Virus record (IMG/VR): IMGVR_UViG_3300025288_000013 | Span: 46,223 to 110,222 of that record | Length of the DNA: 64,000 bases | Reading direction: 5' to 3' (one strand) | Source: a virus | Shown here: in pieces, positions 11,001 to 20,561 of the stretch | How positions within the stretch are numbered: position 1 is the stretch's first letter | Layout: each line of letters opens with the position of its first letter | Made by a program: the position numbers and the translations under genes | Notes under the pieces: model-generated | Databases searched by the model: none | Seen by the model: the letters and a program-made list of their open reading frames with translations, nothing else | What the model was told of the DNA's origin: nothing

Positions 11001-11166
11001 CTGATGAATATCTTCCGTCTGGATTAACAATCGCATCTTTAAATTGATGATCTGATAATGAACTCTCTGACAAAGCTGATGAAAGTTTTATTGTATTATC
11101 GTCTACCATTAATAATATGTTTCCACATATTTTAGATATTTTTCTATTTAGATAAAATGTACCCAT
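8014..11166 (-). CDS. Large virion structural protein (putative baseplate)
   Basis: 1050 aa, acidic, beta-rich, coupled to flanking structural genes. Confidence 0.6.
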   Translation of the reverse strand: MGTFYLNRKISKICGNILLMVDDNTIKLSSALSESSLSDHQFKDAIVNPDGRYSSDLHRIFGEVENKILFSGDDFETIENRIIVTLVVNESLPSRFVVMSKNGSDNKNDHTIKKTYDLSINSKIGKYITNHLSELNIKYDPINIDFDNKSITVNGVDLLNGSIVSKVSGFDLITNDTITNTFLENKIIPNSIFQFAFYIDDLEEDDYWLFVDDIKLGEFYKKTHNKDFVPTIYDALVSGNIEIEDFDGIVINELSDVPYNYCKCDNKISSSSKIIENEITITDQLLSKFKEKEPIDFEILENYTRLIVLELNSSTSQSDTIRFDFENTSIILLADELFNNPNFGKTDAERFVFNPSGTLPEQCISISKAFNNEVGYSNNLLAKAIDNKIIVSSTNEFLSFDIKNISTNVDLTIVNNTDISFTNNYITSIIDIDNKNKVLGGYMKSKIGYHKITKFLTFVDIQNTNGLDELVDMNNKIISCAESDYNGFVDDIRVFQREKIEYGVLSVYPESEIESEILINRSNVVDYLSNYIEQTKLTIGETYVVIGDSSEFIVESDGVQYGVSNNVTLVDTFAATDENFTIISGNPKVMIKSYNDDNEVQFFVDNVKPLLNFGKQVNNEYNWCIRNAISINGGNMYMDGITTPDFDTKESDTSLYTHSWYHISNLMGGIFDESLFKSAKYDYFREYFDKNYSNIVLNNDFDISETIFRGVKLSFDMSLDGYRFSVVLNTRDIHEIYQGSNKPFEIKTIKNDNHKAIVLVIEIGISDWKSITDSGEIILDYLYLHVMLGIKKYTNGTFLFGDEFEYPPIPNLVYQDSLSNPTDKFRGIKLQNKLSVSPTPPDSIEFDGNIMKVSNWIKQSNGEFGSLVGINNKDLSVITTFVNADGLGLWNPSNPLPFNVTNNTIRFVDDKIFVLALNGSLINSVMLFSYVKGFIDLRKFDWYQVSDVTRCYESMKSILSFSNIKDIISDENVNYTSEIGKIKFIKPSSNNKYNDGYIISNKNLSLINGDTVYDNWYTHYKTWDEEDKTWDTVNILTKLSLVLNKNININ

Positions 11167-13184
11167 TAACCTATTATTATAAATTCATAATTGGTTTTGT
11201 TTATGCAAACAACTTCAACAACATTTGATGTTGGTTTTATACTACCTATTTCAAGACCAAGAGAGGTATTTGTGAATTGTGAATTTATGTCAGTAAAGAT
11301 TCTAACACTTTTACCATTTATATCTATATTCCTTGATAAAACTATTTTGAAAGATTGATTAATATCCCATTTCATATCGTCTTCTATGTAAACATTTATA
11401 TCGTCTTGTGCAATAATTGGGTCTGAACTCAAATAACCAATTTTATTCCTCTTGCCAAGTTTAAAATTGTTTTTGTTGTTATATTTAACATCAGCCATTT
11501 TATTAGAAACGCCATTATAAAAACTGTTAGAAAGTGCAATAGACAATGTGCTTCCAAGTAATTTAGCATCAACTCCATCCTTTCCTATTATTGATAGAAT
11601 TATTTCGCTACTTATTTTTGTCTTATTTGTTAATATGTCAACTATCAACTTGCTATTTTTGTTAACAAGTTCTGATATAGTATCAAATTCTGTGCTTGTT
11701 AATAATTTTGAATTTATTTGGTTTAATATAGTTTCTATGTTTGATTCTCGTGAAGCTATTATCATGTTCAATAATTCTTCATTTTTGTTTCTCAAATTAA
11801 CATTCTCTGATATTATGTTTTCATAATTGTCTGTTATTTCAGCCATCCTTGAAACAGCTTCAGAGAATAATTGCATAGAAAACACATTATAATCGTTTAT
11901 ATCATGGAACACATCAACAGCCACATTCGCATTTGTTGTGTCTATTCTAAAATTCAACTTATATCCATATCCATTACCAGATTGATTTAATACGCTTGAA
12001 TTTTTTATTTTTGGTTGTGTTCTTATTATAGATTGACCACCTGTAACTTCCACAACATCGTCTAAAAATAAAACTCCATATAAATTTCTTTCAACAACTC
12101 CGTTTTCTTCAACTTCATAATACAATGCAACACAATTAAAATCAAATCCAAATGACGTATTTGATGAATTAAATTGGTTGAACGACTTTAAACTTTGATC
12201 GTTGAATGCAACATATGATGTTTTATCAAAGTCTATGCCAACACCATCAAGTCTATTTCTTATATAAGTTTTTTGCAAAGCACTTGTCGGGTGCGTAACG
12301 GTGATTTCATCATTTGATGGATCGGAAAATGTTTTATCAGTTAAATAAGCATCCGCCCCAGTATAATAATCAAACCATAAATCTGTATCATTATTATCAA
12401 CATCATTTACAGAAGAATAAACAAGTCCAACAACATCTATGTCATATTGTGCTAATAAATCAAGTCCATTGGCTGGTGGTGGTGATAATGAGTTATATCC
12501 CTCTATATACTCTCTGTCTGGCATACTGTTCCTCTGCATAATCATATTTTCGTTATAATTATTATCAGAAAGAGTATTAAACAAAACAACTGGGGTGTAA
12601 CCAGCTTGTGACGGCACTAACATATAAATTTCTTCAAAGTTATTTTTGTTTGAAGTGTTTTTGTTTTGCATTTCAATTTCACCAACATATTGGATCAATC
12701 TTGAGTATAAATTGCCTGAACCAACATTAGAGTTATCATCCTCTTCTACATAATTTGGTGTTAGGTTATTGCTTTCTGAATTTGTTGCACTTCTATATCT
12801 AACAGCACCAATTTCTTTTAACCACTTAAAAAAAATACGCTCTGATGTGGTTTTTAAATTATTATTATTGTATTCTGGTTTTGAGGTCAAAATTTCTTCA
12901 AAGTTTAAAACATAGTTTTGTAATGATTCTGATAAATCTATGGAATCACCAAGTGATGGTGGTGTAACGACAGAGTTACCAACAATAAATCTTGATTGTA
13001 TTCTTTCAAAATCTGATACATTTTCATTGTTTGATGCTGTTTTTATTTCTGGTACGTTTAATAACACAAAATGTGAAAATCTGAATTTCTTATCACTTCT
13101 ATTAAATAATTCTATATCTTCTAAACCACTCTTAAATGTGATTAATGAATCTTTTTTTATCCTTGTTATTAATGAAGTCGACAT
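11166..13184 (-). CDS. Virion structural protein (putative baseplate/tail)
   Basis: 672 aa, first gene of the leftward structural operon. Confidence 0.6.
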   Translation of the reverse strand: MSTSLITRIKKDSLITFKSGLEDIELFNRSDKKFRFSHFVLLNVPEIKTASNNENVSDFERIQSRFIVGNSVVTPPSLGDSIDLSESLQNYVLNFEEILTSKPEYNNNNLKTTSERIFFKWLKEIGAVRYRSATNSESNNLTPNYVEEDDNSNVGSGNLYSRLIQYVGEIEMQNKNTSNKNNFEEIYMLVPSQAGYTPVVLFNTLSDNNYNENMIMQRNSMPDREYIEGYNSLSPPPANGLDLLAQYDIDVVGLVYSSVNDVDNNDTDLWFDYYTGADAYLTDKTFSDPSNDEITVTHPTSALQKTYIRNRLDGVGIDFDKTSYVAFNDQSLKSFNQFNSSNTSFGFDFNCVALYYEVEENGVVERNLYGVLFLDDVVEVTGGQSIIRTQPKIKNSSVLNQSGNGYGYKLNFRIDTTNANVAVDVFHDINDYNVFSMQLFSEAVSRMAEITDNYENIISENVNLRNKNEELLNMIIASRESNIETILNQINSKLLTSTEFDTISELVNKNSKLIVDILTNKTKISSEIILSIIGKDGVDAKLLGSTLSIALSNSFYNGVSNKMADVKYNNKNNFKLGKRNKIGYLSSDPIIAQDDINVYIEDDMKWDINQSFKIVLSRNIDINGKSVRIFTDINSQFTNTSLGLEIGSIKPTSNVVEVVCINKTNYEFIIIG

Positions 13185-13281
13185 GTTATTTCTTTATTGA
13201 TAGTTTATACAAAAGTTATTTATTAAATGAACATTACTAAAATATATAAGATTTAATCAAAATCAGATAAATAACAAAAAT

Positions 13282-13289
13282 TATAAATA
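13282..13289 (+). promoter_or_regulatory. Possible T4-type late promoter TATAAATA
   Basis: Exact octamer 15 bp upstream of the tail tube gene; weak given AT content. Confidence 0.4.
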
Positions 13290-13304
13290 TAAAATCTAAC
13301 TAAA

Positions 13305-13865
13305 ATGGCAAAAAAATTATATTCGTTTTCTGCATCAAAAACAAATCAAAATAAAGACATGCCGTTATTCTTAACGAAATATGTCATAACATTTATCCTA
13401 CCAGATGCATTAAAGGCTAAATATGGATCAGAAATTTTGTCAGAAGCCATAAACGAAATAGATGGTATGGAATTTGATAAAATGCCAGAACCAGTTGAAC
13501 AAAAATATAAAGGTATATCAAGAAGATTTGGTGGTTCTGTTGCTGATACAAATGTTGACTTAGCTATGGTATTTGCTGTTAATGTTGATAAAGAGGGTAG
13601 AATTTATCCGTTAAATGTGATACGTGATTGGTGTAGATTGATTTACAATAGTGATGGAATCGTTTTAACCAAAGAAGAATATGCTGGTGCTGCGGTTATA
13701 GAAGTTCACAATGTTAAAGGTGAAATTTTAAGAAAGGTAAAAATTCCTATATTTTTCCCAATGACTAACATTGCTGCGATGAAACTTGATTATCACAATG
13801 ATGAAATTTTCGAATTACCAATGACATGGGTTGCGGAAAATGCCGCAGACACATACATAGATTAA
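13305..13865 (+). CDS. Tail tube protein (T4 gp19-like)
   Basis: 186 aa; Q.YKG..RRF, ..DW..LIYN..G....K.EYAG...I......G pattern; followed by terminator. Confidence 0.75.
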   Translation: MAKKLYSFSASKTNQNKDMPLFLTKYVITFILPDALKAKYGSEILSEAINEIDGMEFDKMPEPVEQKYKGISRRFGGSVADTNVDLAMVFAVNVDKEGRIYPLNVIRDWCRLIYNSDGIVLTKEEYAGAAVIEVHNVKGEILRKVKIPIFFPMTNIAAMKLDYHNDEIFELPMTWVAENAADTYID

Positions 13866-13897
13866 GAATTTAAGTTTGAGTAGTTTTTTTAATAGGT

Positions 13898-13934
13898 AAA
13901 AGCCGAACAACTTTATCAATTGTTCGGCTTTTTT
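13898..13934. terminator. Bidirectional intrinsic terminator
   Basis: aaaagccgaacaa/ttgttcggctttt between convergent genes. Confidence 0.85.
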
Positions 13935-13986
13935 GTGTAGAAAAGACCCCTCAAGTGTGCTTCTATGATAGGCAAGAAGAGTTTAT

Positions 13987-15066
13987 TTACTGTCTTTCAC
14001 CATTTACATAAGATTCAACAGTGTTATCAGAATCATAAAAATCATCTAATTTATAATGTCCGTTTTTAGTTTTATTTATGTGTTGAATAACACCACCCTC
14101 TTTGGTTGTTATTTCTATGGCTTCTTTTCTAACTTCGTCCAAATTGTTATTGTCTGATTCGTTCATTTTTATCAGTTCGTTCAACGGTTCATAATCTTCA
14201 GCATAATCACCCATAAAATCTTTCTTAAACAATACAGATAAGAATGCTCTCATATCCCCCTCATTATCGGTGCACCAACTATCATTTTTGCTTATTATTT
14301 TTAACGCTCTATCTGTGTACTTTTTATCATATGTTGAACTAACAAAATTTTTGAAAGCATCTTTGTCCTTTTTGTTGTCTAAACAATACCACCCAGCATT
14401 TTGTTTTATTGACCTTAATAATGAATCAACAAAATTGCTATCGTTTTCCAACAAATCTTCATATTTTTCACCAGAACCCTTTGATTTGTCTGTTTGATTT
14501 GATGGATCGTTACCAAATGATGCTTCACCTCTGCCTGGAACAGTTGAAGTGGCTGATTCTGATTCAACCATTTTGGTAATATCTTTCAATTTATTAATAT
14601 CTGATTCTGTTAATTTTATCCCTCTGTTAATTTTGTTACCAATACTATCATTCTCAAGAATTTTACCAATTGCATTTTTAAAATTCGTTTCATATTTTTT
14701 CCTTAATCTCATTGACACAGGTTTATATGATTCTTTTAATTCAACCAATGCCTTTTTGGCTTCATCACCAGTTTTACCAATCAATTCTTCAGTTCCATCA
14801 AGTTCCATTTCTTCAAATAATGAAACCTTATCAGATAGTTTTGATACGTCATCAAGCATTTGAAGAAAATCATCTGTTGATTTACCATCATAATCTTCAC
14901 CAAATAGATCAAAATCTTTATTATCACGTGCAAACACATTCAGCTTTCCATTAAAATTTTCAAGCATTTCATAGGTAATATCTTTTTCACTAAATACTTT
15001 ACCTCTCACATTGTTTAGTGTGAATAGTTTTGCTAATTCTTCTTTTGTTATTGATTTTGGTGTCAT
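13987..15066 (-). CDS. Acidic putative internal head protein
   Basis: 359 aa with several L-x-E-S/N motifs (LKES, LTES, LLEN). Confidence 0.6.
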   Translation of the reverse strand: MTPKSITKEELAKLFTLNNVRGKVFSEKDITYEMLENFNGKLNVFARDNKDFDLFGEDYDGKSTDDFLQMLDDVSKLSDKVSLFEEMELDGTEELIGKTGDEAKKALVELKESYKPVSMRLRKKYETNFKNAIGKILENDSIGNKINRGIKLTESDINKLKDITKMVESESATSTVPGRGEASFGNDPSNQTDKSKGSGEKYEDLLENDSNFVDSLLRSIKQNAGWYCLDNKKDKDAFKNFVSSTYDKKYTDRALKIISKNDSWCTDNEGDMRAFLSVLFKKDFMGDYAEDYEPLNELIKMNESDNNNLDEVRKEAIEITTKEGGVIQHINKTKNGHYKLDDFYDSDNTVESYVNGERQ

Positions 15067-15083
15067 AGTAAGTTATTTTTGTG

Positions 15084-15112
15084 ATAAACTTTTAAATTTG
15101 GTTTTTGTTACA
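15084..15112 (-). promoter_or_regulatory. Class II promoter TGTAAC-N17-GTTTAT
   Basis: Intergenic, 18 bp upstream of ATG 15066. Confidence 0.75.
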
Positions 15113-18100
15113 TTAATCTTTTAATAATTCATCAGCTAGATCACCAATGCCTTTTATCAACGGATTGTTTTCAAATGCTTTAACGATTTTATCTTTCTTT
15201 TCTTTCAAATCATCAATAGCCAATTTTATCTTTTCTTTAGCTGTTGGGTCTTCTTCACCAGCCAATTCTTTCTTTAAATCTTCTATTTCTTTGTCAAGTT
15301 TTAACTTATCTTCAAGATTTTTTATAACCAACTCCTCTTTTTCTATATTAGTTTTTAACTTTTCAATAGATTCTTCATTGGTTTCATCAGCTAATTTTTG
15401 TTTAAGTTCAAGTATATCTTCTTTTGATTCTTTGATTCTTTGTTCAATTTTAACCAATTTTTCCTCACGTTTTTTAACTGCCTCTGAATCTTCTGCCTCT
15501 GTTAATTCTTTATTTTCAAATACCATACTTGCTAATTCCTTGTATCTATCAACGTTACCAAAAATGATATCATAATTACCAAGTTGTTCAGGTTTCACCC
15601 AAGCATATTCAGAATGTTCTTCTGACAAAACAACCTCTTCACTATTTGATAAACCAGAATAATAGTGGGAAACGCTACCATCATTTGTGAATTCTTTTAA
15701 TCGCTTCACATCGCTAAATGTTAGCCCAGATTCCTCATTTGCCTCACGAATAGCAGCTTCTTCAGTTGTTTCACCGTCTTCAACTTTACCACCAGCTAAA
15801 CCCCATTGGTTCGGTGCAACTTCTTCATCAACTGTTCTTTTTAATAACAAAAGTTCGCCCTTATCATTATAAATGACCATATCAGCATAAGTTTTTATCT
15901 CTCCAACACCATTTTCATTTTCAACTAATTTCTTTAATATACCACTTATTTTTGTTTGACACGATTCAGTTAATTTACCAAATTTGGTTGACGAACCCTC
16001 TTTCATTTCTATTAACGCATCATATACTTCGTTAACATCTTCGTTTTCTGATAATTCTGATATGAGTTGTAAATCTTCATCGTCTAATTGATTAACAATT
16101 TCAATTTCTGATACAATTTCTGTTGGTTCAACGATTTCGTTTTCTACCAATGGCGTCTTAAAAATCACGCCAGTCATTGTGTCGTAATCCCATATACCAA
16201 TAAAGTTACCATCTTGGTCTTTAAACCAATCTTGGTCACCTCTTGATTCTATGCTACCATCACCAACATAAGATAAACCTTGTGAAAATGAATTAAAGTT
16301 ATCATATTTGTCACCACCAAGTTTTGATATGTCTTTAAATGATTCAGTCAATTTTGCTGATTCTAATACCTTATGTTTTTTTAATAATTCAATATCATCA
16401 ACAGTCACAGGAAACCCAAATCCGTCACTTAATGTTTTCATAAGTTTCTTTTCATTACTTGCAGCATCAGTAACTTGTGGTATCAGTTTACCATACTGAT
16501 CAAGTATTGCTTTGTCTGTGTTGGTTCCATCTTCAAACCCCCCCAAAACCTTTATAATTTTAAAGCCAATTGAATTCTTAAGATCACCATCACTTTCAGT
16601 TAATTTTGCTGATTCTGTTAGTTCAACAATAACTTCAACATCTTCTTTATCATCATAAATTGATAGAGTTTTGTTTTCAACATCAAAATCCAATTCAAAA
16701 TCGCCAAAGTCTGATCGCCATGATTCTTTCGTACCATATTTTTTGAATAACGATTTTATACCATCAATATCTTTTTTCCCAAAATGTAATCTTGAATTAT
16801 CATCTTCAATTGATGAATTTTTTTCTATATGTTTTATAATTTTATCAATTGGTGTTGATTCACTTTCAGTTAATTTTGATTCAACAAATCTCAAATCTGA
16901 AGATGGCACATTAAGTTTGTTTTCATTTTCTATTTCTAGTTCATTTTCAGTTAACTTGTTTATTGGTGTTACAGAATATTTGTTTTCATCTATGGCAAAT
17001 ACGTCATAATCTTTACCATCAACTCCTAATTGTACACCTGCACTACCGTTTATTGGTGTCCCCAATATCATTGATAATTCAGAACCACTAAACATTTTTT
17101 TGACCTTATCTTTATCAACAACAATTTCTTTACTTTCAGTTAACTTTTTTGGTTTAAAATGAATTGGGTGTGCCTTTTCCTTAGTATTTTTATCAATTAT
17201 CCAATTATCTTTAGTTATTTCACCGATTTCAAACGGTTCACCAAGAACTGTACCAACATCACCAACTTTTAAACCACGTCCTTTGATATTGGTTTCTCTT
17301 TGGTGATTATCAGCATAGCCCTCATTCAAAACCGTTAAATAATCAAATGCTATTGTTTCTACACCAAGAAATTTTCCATTTTTGTCAAACACAGACACAT
17401 CAACATCATAATCGTTTTGACCAGTTTTATCAAGTCTATCAACAATACCATAATAATCTGGATATTTTTTATCACCTATAAGAATTTTAACTTTGTCATT
17501 AACTTTTGGTAATACTGCTTCAGTTAGTTTATCTACACCGTTCACTTCAACATCACCAATTTTATAAGTACCATTTTCTTTCAGTGCTTTTATAATTTTG
17601 TTGCTTTCAACAAGCATAACAAATTTACCTTTTTGTATTTTGGCTGCTTCCGTTAGTCCAACCACTTCAACCACTTCAGATATAGTCATTTCATTTTCAT
17701 TATCTAAGTTTGATAAAATCTGTGCAACAGTTGAATCATTGCTCATTTCTAAATGTTGATAAATGTGATCTCTGAATTCTGGTTTGTATTCGAAATCACC
17801 ATCATTATATATGATGTTGTGTAAAATTCCTATTTGATTTTCATCAAGTACATTGTACACCAAATTTTTTATGTCTGTTGGATCGATCCCATCATTTTCT
17901 TTCAGTTTGTATTGTTCAGACATTTTTACCATACCATCAACAAAATGGTCAACTGCTTCGTCATTTTTTATATTTGTTTTATCAATTTGTATACCATCCT
18001 CATTTATAGAAAACCCATCAAACATATAACAACAACTTGCTATGTGTTTACAAACATCATTTATATAACTGTTAAGATTGGCTTCATCGAGATTGATTTC

Positions 18101-18307
18101 TTTTCCACCAGCCTGTTCGTTAATTTTAACTATCATTTCTGGTGTCAAGTCTTGACATTTAACAAGATGATCAACCTTTGATTCATCAACATCTCTTATG
18201 GTTTCTTTGTCCAAATAATATTTAGCAACACCATTGTTAGCAAAATTTTCTTCTACTATTGATTTACCAAATGATTCCAATAATTTTACAGTTATCTTTT
18301 TGTTCAT
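15113..18307 (-). CDS. Multidomain putative internal head polyprotein with Nudix hydrolase domain
   Basis: Nudix box GGKVEDGETTEEAAIREANEESGL; ten LTE motifs; C-terminal coiled coil. Confidence 0.8.
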   Translation of the reverse strand: MNKKITVKLLESFGKSIVEENFANNGVAKYYLDKETIRDVDESKVDHLVKCQDLTPEMIVKINEQAGGKEINLDEANLNSYINDVCKHIASCCYMFDGFSINEDGIQIDKTNIKNDEAVDHFVDGMVKMSEQYKLKENDGIDPTDIKNLVYNVLDENQIGILHNIIYNDGDFEYKPEFRDHIYQHLEMSNDSTVAQILSNLDNENEMTISEVVEVVGLTEAAKIQKGKFVMLVESNKIIKALKENGTYKIGDVEVNGVDKLTEAVLPKVNDKVKILIGDKKYPDYYGIVDRLDKTGQNDYDVDVSVFDKNGKFLGVETIAFDYLTVLNEGYADNHQRETNIKGRGLKVGDVGTVLGEPFEIGEITKDNWIIDKNTKEKAHPIHFKPKKLTESKEIVVDKDKVKKMFSGSELSMILGTPINGSAGVQLGVDGKDYDVFAIDENKYSVTPINKLTENELEIENENKLNVPSSDLRFVESKLTESESTPIDKIIKHIEKNSSIEDDNSRLHFGKKDIDGIKSLFKKYGTKESWRSDFGDFELDFDVENKTLSIYDDKEDVEVIVELTESAKLTESDGDLKNSIGFKIIKVLGGFEDGTNTDKAILDQYGKLIPQVTDAASNEKKLMKTLSDGFGFPVTVDDIELLKKHKVLESAKLTESFKDISKLGGDKYDNFNSFSQGLSYVGDGSIESRGDQDWFKDQDGNFIGIWDYDTMTGVIFKTPLVENEIVEPTEIVSEIEIVNQLDDEDLQLISELSENEDVNEVYDALIEMKEGSSTKFGKLTESCQTKISGILKKLVENENGVGEIKTYADMVIYNDKGELLLLKRTVDEEVAPNQWGLAGGKVEDGETTEEAAIREANEESGLTFSDVKRLKEFTNDGSVSHYYSGLSNSEEVVLSEEHSEYAWVKPEQLGNYDIIFGNVDRYKELASMVFENKELTEAEDSEAVKKREEKLVKIEQRIKESKEDILELKQKLADETNEESIEKLKTNIEKEELVIKNLEDKLKLDKEIEDLKKELAGEEDPTAKEKIKLAIDDLKEKKDKIVKAFENNPLIKGIGDLADELLKD

Positions 18308-18328
18308 GTCTATATGATTTTCTTTATG

Positions 18329-19267
18329 TTATTTATTGTTGTCCTCTTCAACTTCATCAAATTCTCCATCATCTATATCTTGTTTCATTTTCCTCAACTC
18401 TTTCATCAATTCTTTTCTACTTGATGTGCTTATTATTGTACCATCATCGATTTCATCAAATTTTTCTTCACTTTTTATCTCCTTTTGTCTTTCTTTTACT
18501 CTTTTGAAATCATCCGTTATTTCCTTTATGAGTATTGATTGATATTTATTAACGTCTAACACTATTCTTTGTATTGTTGCTAATGCCTCTATATCTTTTG
18601 TTGTTGATGAACCTATATAAATTTTTTTTGATATATCATGTATGGCTTTTTTACTAACATCTATTTGAAAAATCAAAGTAGATAAACTATTTTCTTCAAG
18701 TTGCATCTTGAATTTTATATAATCATTTTTTTCTATAAACTCACTACCTAAATAATAATCTGCTATGTTCATCAATAAACCTTTTGCTATTGTTGCACAT
18801 CTTGTAGCTTTTTCCTCAAATTCATCCTCAAATTCTTTTATCTGTTGCTCAAGGTCTTCATCCTCAAACTCTCCAAGTTCACCCATATCAATTTTAGCCA
18901 AACTTTCAAGTGTCATGGTTTGTCTTGATTCAACCGCTTCAGCTTTCTTTTTGATCTCCTCTAAGTCACTTTTCCCCATTGATTTTGTGTATTTTTCCAT
19001 TGTTTTTATTGTGTGGAAAAATGCTTCGTCAATGGTTTTACCGTTTTCACTTATTATTGGTAATTTTATGAGTTGTATTGTTTTGCCTCTAAGTGATTTA
19101 AATCTTATAGCTTCATCTTTTGTAGAAAAAATGATTCTATATAGTGTTTTTTTATCATCTTTTATAGAAATGTTAAAGTATTCTTGTTTTGGTAATCTGT
19201 ATGGATCAGTAACAGAAAGATTTCCTCTTTCAACTTCTATTTGTTCATGATTACCTGCTATTCTCAT
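18329..19267 (-). CDS. Hypothetical coiled-coil protein
   Basis: 312-aa ORF coupled to the WYL gene. Confidence 0.7.
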   Translation of the reverse strand: MRIAGNHEQIEVERGNLSVTDPYRLPKQEYFNISIKDDKKTLYRIIFSTKDEAIRFKSLRGKTIQLIKLPIISENGKTIDEAFFHTIKTMEKYTKSMGKSDLEEIKKKAEAVESRQTMTLESLAKIDMGELGEFEDEDLEQQIKEFEDEFEEKATRCATIAKGLLMNIADYYLGSEFIEKNDYIKFKMQLEENSLSTLIFQIDVSKKAIHDISKKIYIGSSTTKDIEALATIQRIVLDVNKYQSILIKEITDDFKRVKERQKEIKSEEKFDEIDDGTIISTSSRKELMKELRKMKQDIDDGEFDEVEEDNNK

Positions 19268-19833
19268 TAGTAATTTATTTTAGGATTTTCACCTTTTGGA
19301 AATTCGTTATGATCCAATGATGTTATAATAGTTCCCATTTGTGAATCGCTTGGATTATATTGTCTTCTATATTTACTGAACTTCTTTTTCATGTTTGTCA
19401 TAGATTCTATACCATCAAGTCTGAACAATCTCCATCGGTTTCTTTTATCTGATACAGATACAGATTTTCTTCTTGTGAATCTTGTTTTTATTTGTTCATC
19501 TTTACTGCTATCCATAATAACAAACGCTCTTATGTAATATCTGTCATTGTGTAAAACTTTATTACCCATTCTATAGCCTCTACCAATCGCATATGGTTCT
19601 AATAGTCTATGACCTTTACCACCATCCCTATCCTCATAATAAACTGATATGTATTCTCTGTTCTTTATTGCATTTGATATTTCATTTATACCAACATTTG
19701 TTCTTTCTACTCTTGGTACACCACGTTCTGTTAAAGGTATATATATGGATTTTATGAGTTCATATTCTTCTTCTGATAAATCTATGTCATTTACGCCAAA
19801 GTGGAAGTTGAATGGTTTGTATATCTTAAACAT
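19267..19833 (-). CDS. WYL domain protein
   Basis: Y......R.LEPYA.G, YYIRAF, WRLFRLDGI; ATG start chosen downstream of the promoter. Confidence 0.8.
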   Translation of the reverse strand: MFKIYKPFNFHFGVNDIDLSEEEYELIKSIYIPLTERGVPRVERTNVGINEISNAIKNREYISVYYEDRDGGKGHRLLEPYAIGRGYRMGNKVLHNDRYYIRAFVIMDSSKDEQIKTRFTRRKSVSVSDKRNRWRLFRLDGIESMTNMKKKFSKYRRQYNPSDSQMGTIITSLDHNEFPKGENPKINY

Positions 19834-19842
19834 ATTATTAAA

Positions 19843-19871
19843 ATAAACCAACAGATTTGGTTATTGTTACA
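19843..19871 (-). promoter_or_regulatory. Class II promoter TGTAAC-N17-GTTTAT
   Basis: Conserved spacing; upstream of the WYL gene. Confidence 0.75.
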
Positions 19872-19874
19872 TAA

Positions 19875-20561
19875 CTATTTTAATAATATGTTTGGTACAA
19901 CTGAAGATTGTTTTTTGAAAGTTATGGTTGTCATGAATCCAATTCTGTGTGATTGATCAAGAAACCCATATTGATATTGGAACATATTATTTTTCTTATC
20001 CATGTATCCTATACTTCCACCAATATTAAATGCATCCATTTTGTCACCAACAAATCCACCAACCAACAATTTCCTTTTTGTTGGATCAATTGTTACAACT
20101 CTGTCTTCTCTAAGATTTTTTAAATAAAACTTTCTATCAGTTATTCTATTCATTGTTACTGAATCATTTATTATAGCCTCATAATCGTTTTCACCAATTA
20201 TTGTGTCAGAATAATACTTTACATAAAAATAATCAGAATAAACTGCTAATAATCTTCTTTCACCTATCATACCAACAAGTGAATCAACTGATATTCCTTT
20301 TAGATATTCATTGAACAATGCTGATGTATCGATTTTAGCTTTATCATAAAATGTATCAATTTTTGTCTTCCAATCAGTTTTAACTATGGTAATCGGTTCT
20401 AATGGTTTCTCTCTTATGTGTTCAACATGTGTTGAATCGGCTGGTTTTATAACATCTATTGTGACGTTTCCATTATTTTTATCACCACAACCTCTTGTTA
20501 GATACAAAATAATACAAAGACAAAACAAAGCCATTATAATTATGTTTTTTATGTCTTTCAT
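19875..20561 (-). CDS. Membrane-anchored lysis-associated protein (spanin-like candidate)
   Basis: N-terminal hydrophobic helix ending TRGC; beta-rich C terminus; follows endolysin. Confidence 0.5.
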   Translation of the reverse strand: MKDIKNIIIMALFCLCIILYLTRGCGDKNNGNVTIDVIKPADSTHVEHIREKPLEPITIVKTDWKTKIDTFYDKAKIDTSALFNEYLKGISVDSLVGMIGERRLLAVYSDYFYVKYYSDTIIGENDYEAIINDSVTMNRITDRKFYLKNLREDRVVTIDPTKRKLLVGGFVGDKMDAFNIGGSIGYMDKKNNMFQYQYGFLDQSHRIGFMTTITFKKQSSVVPNILLK

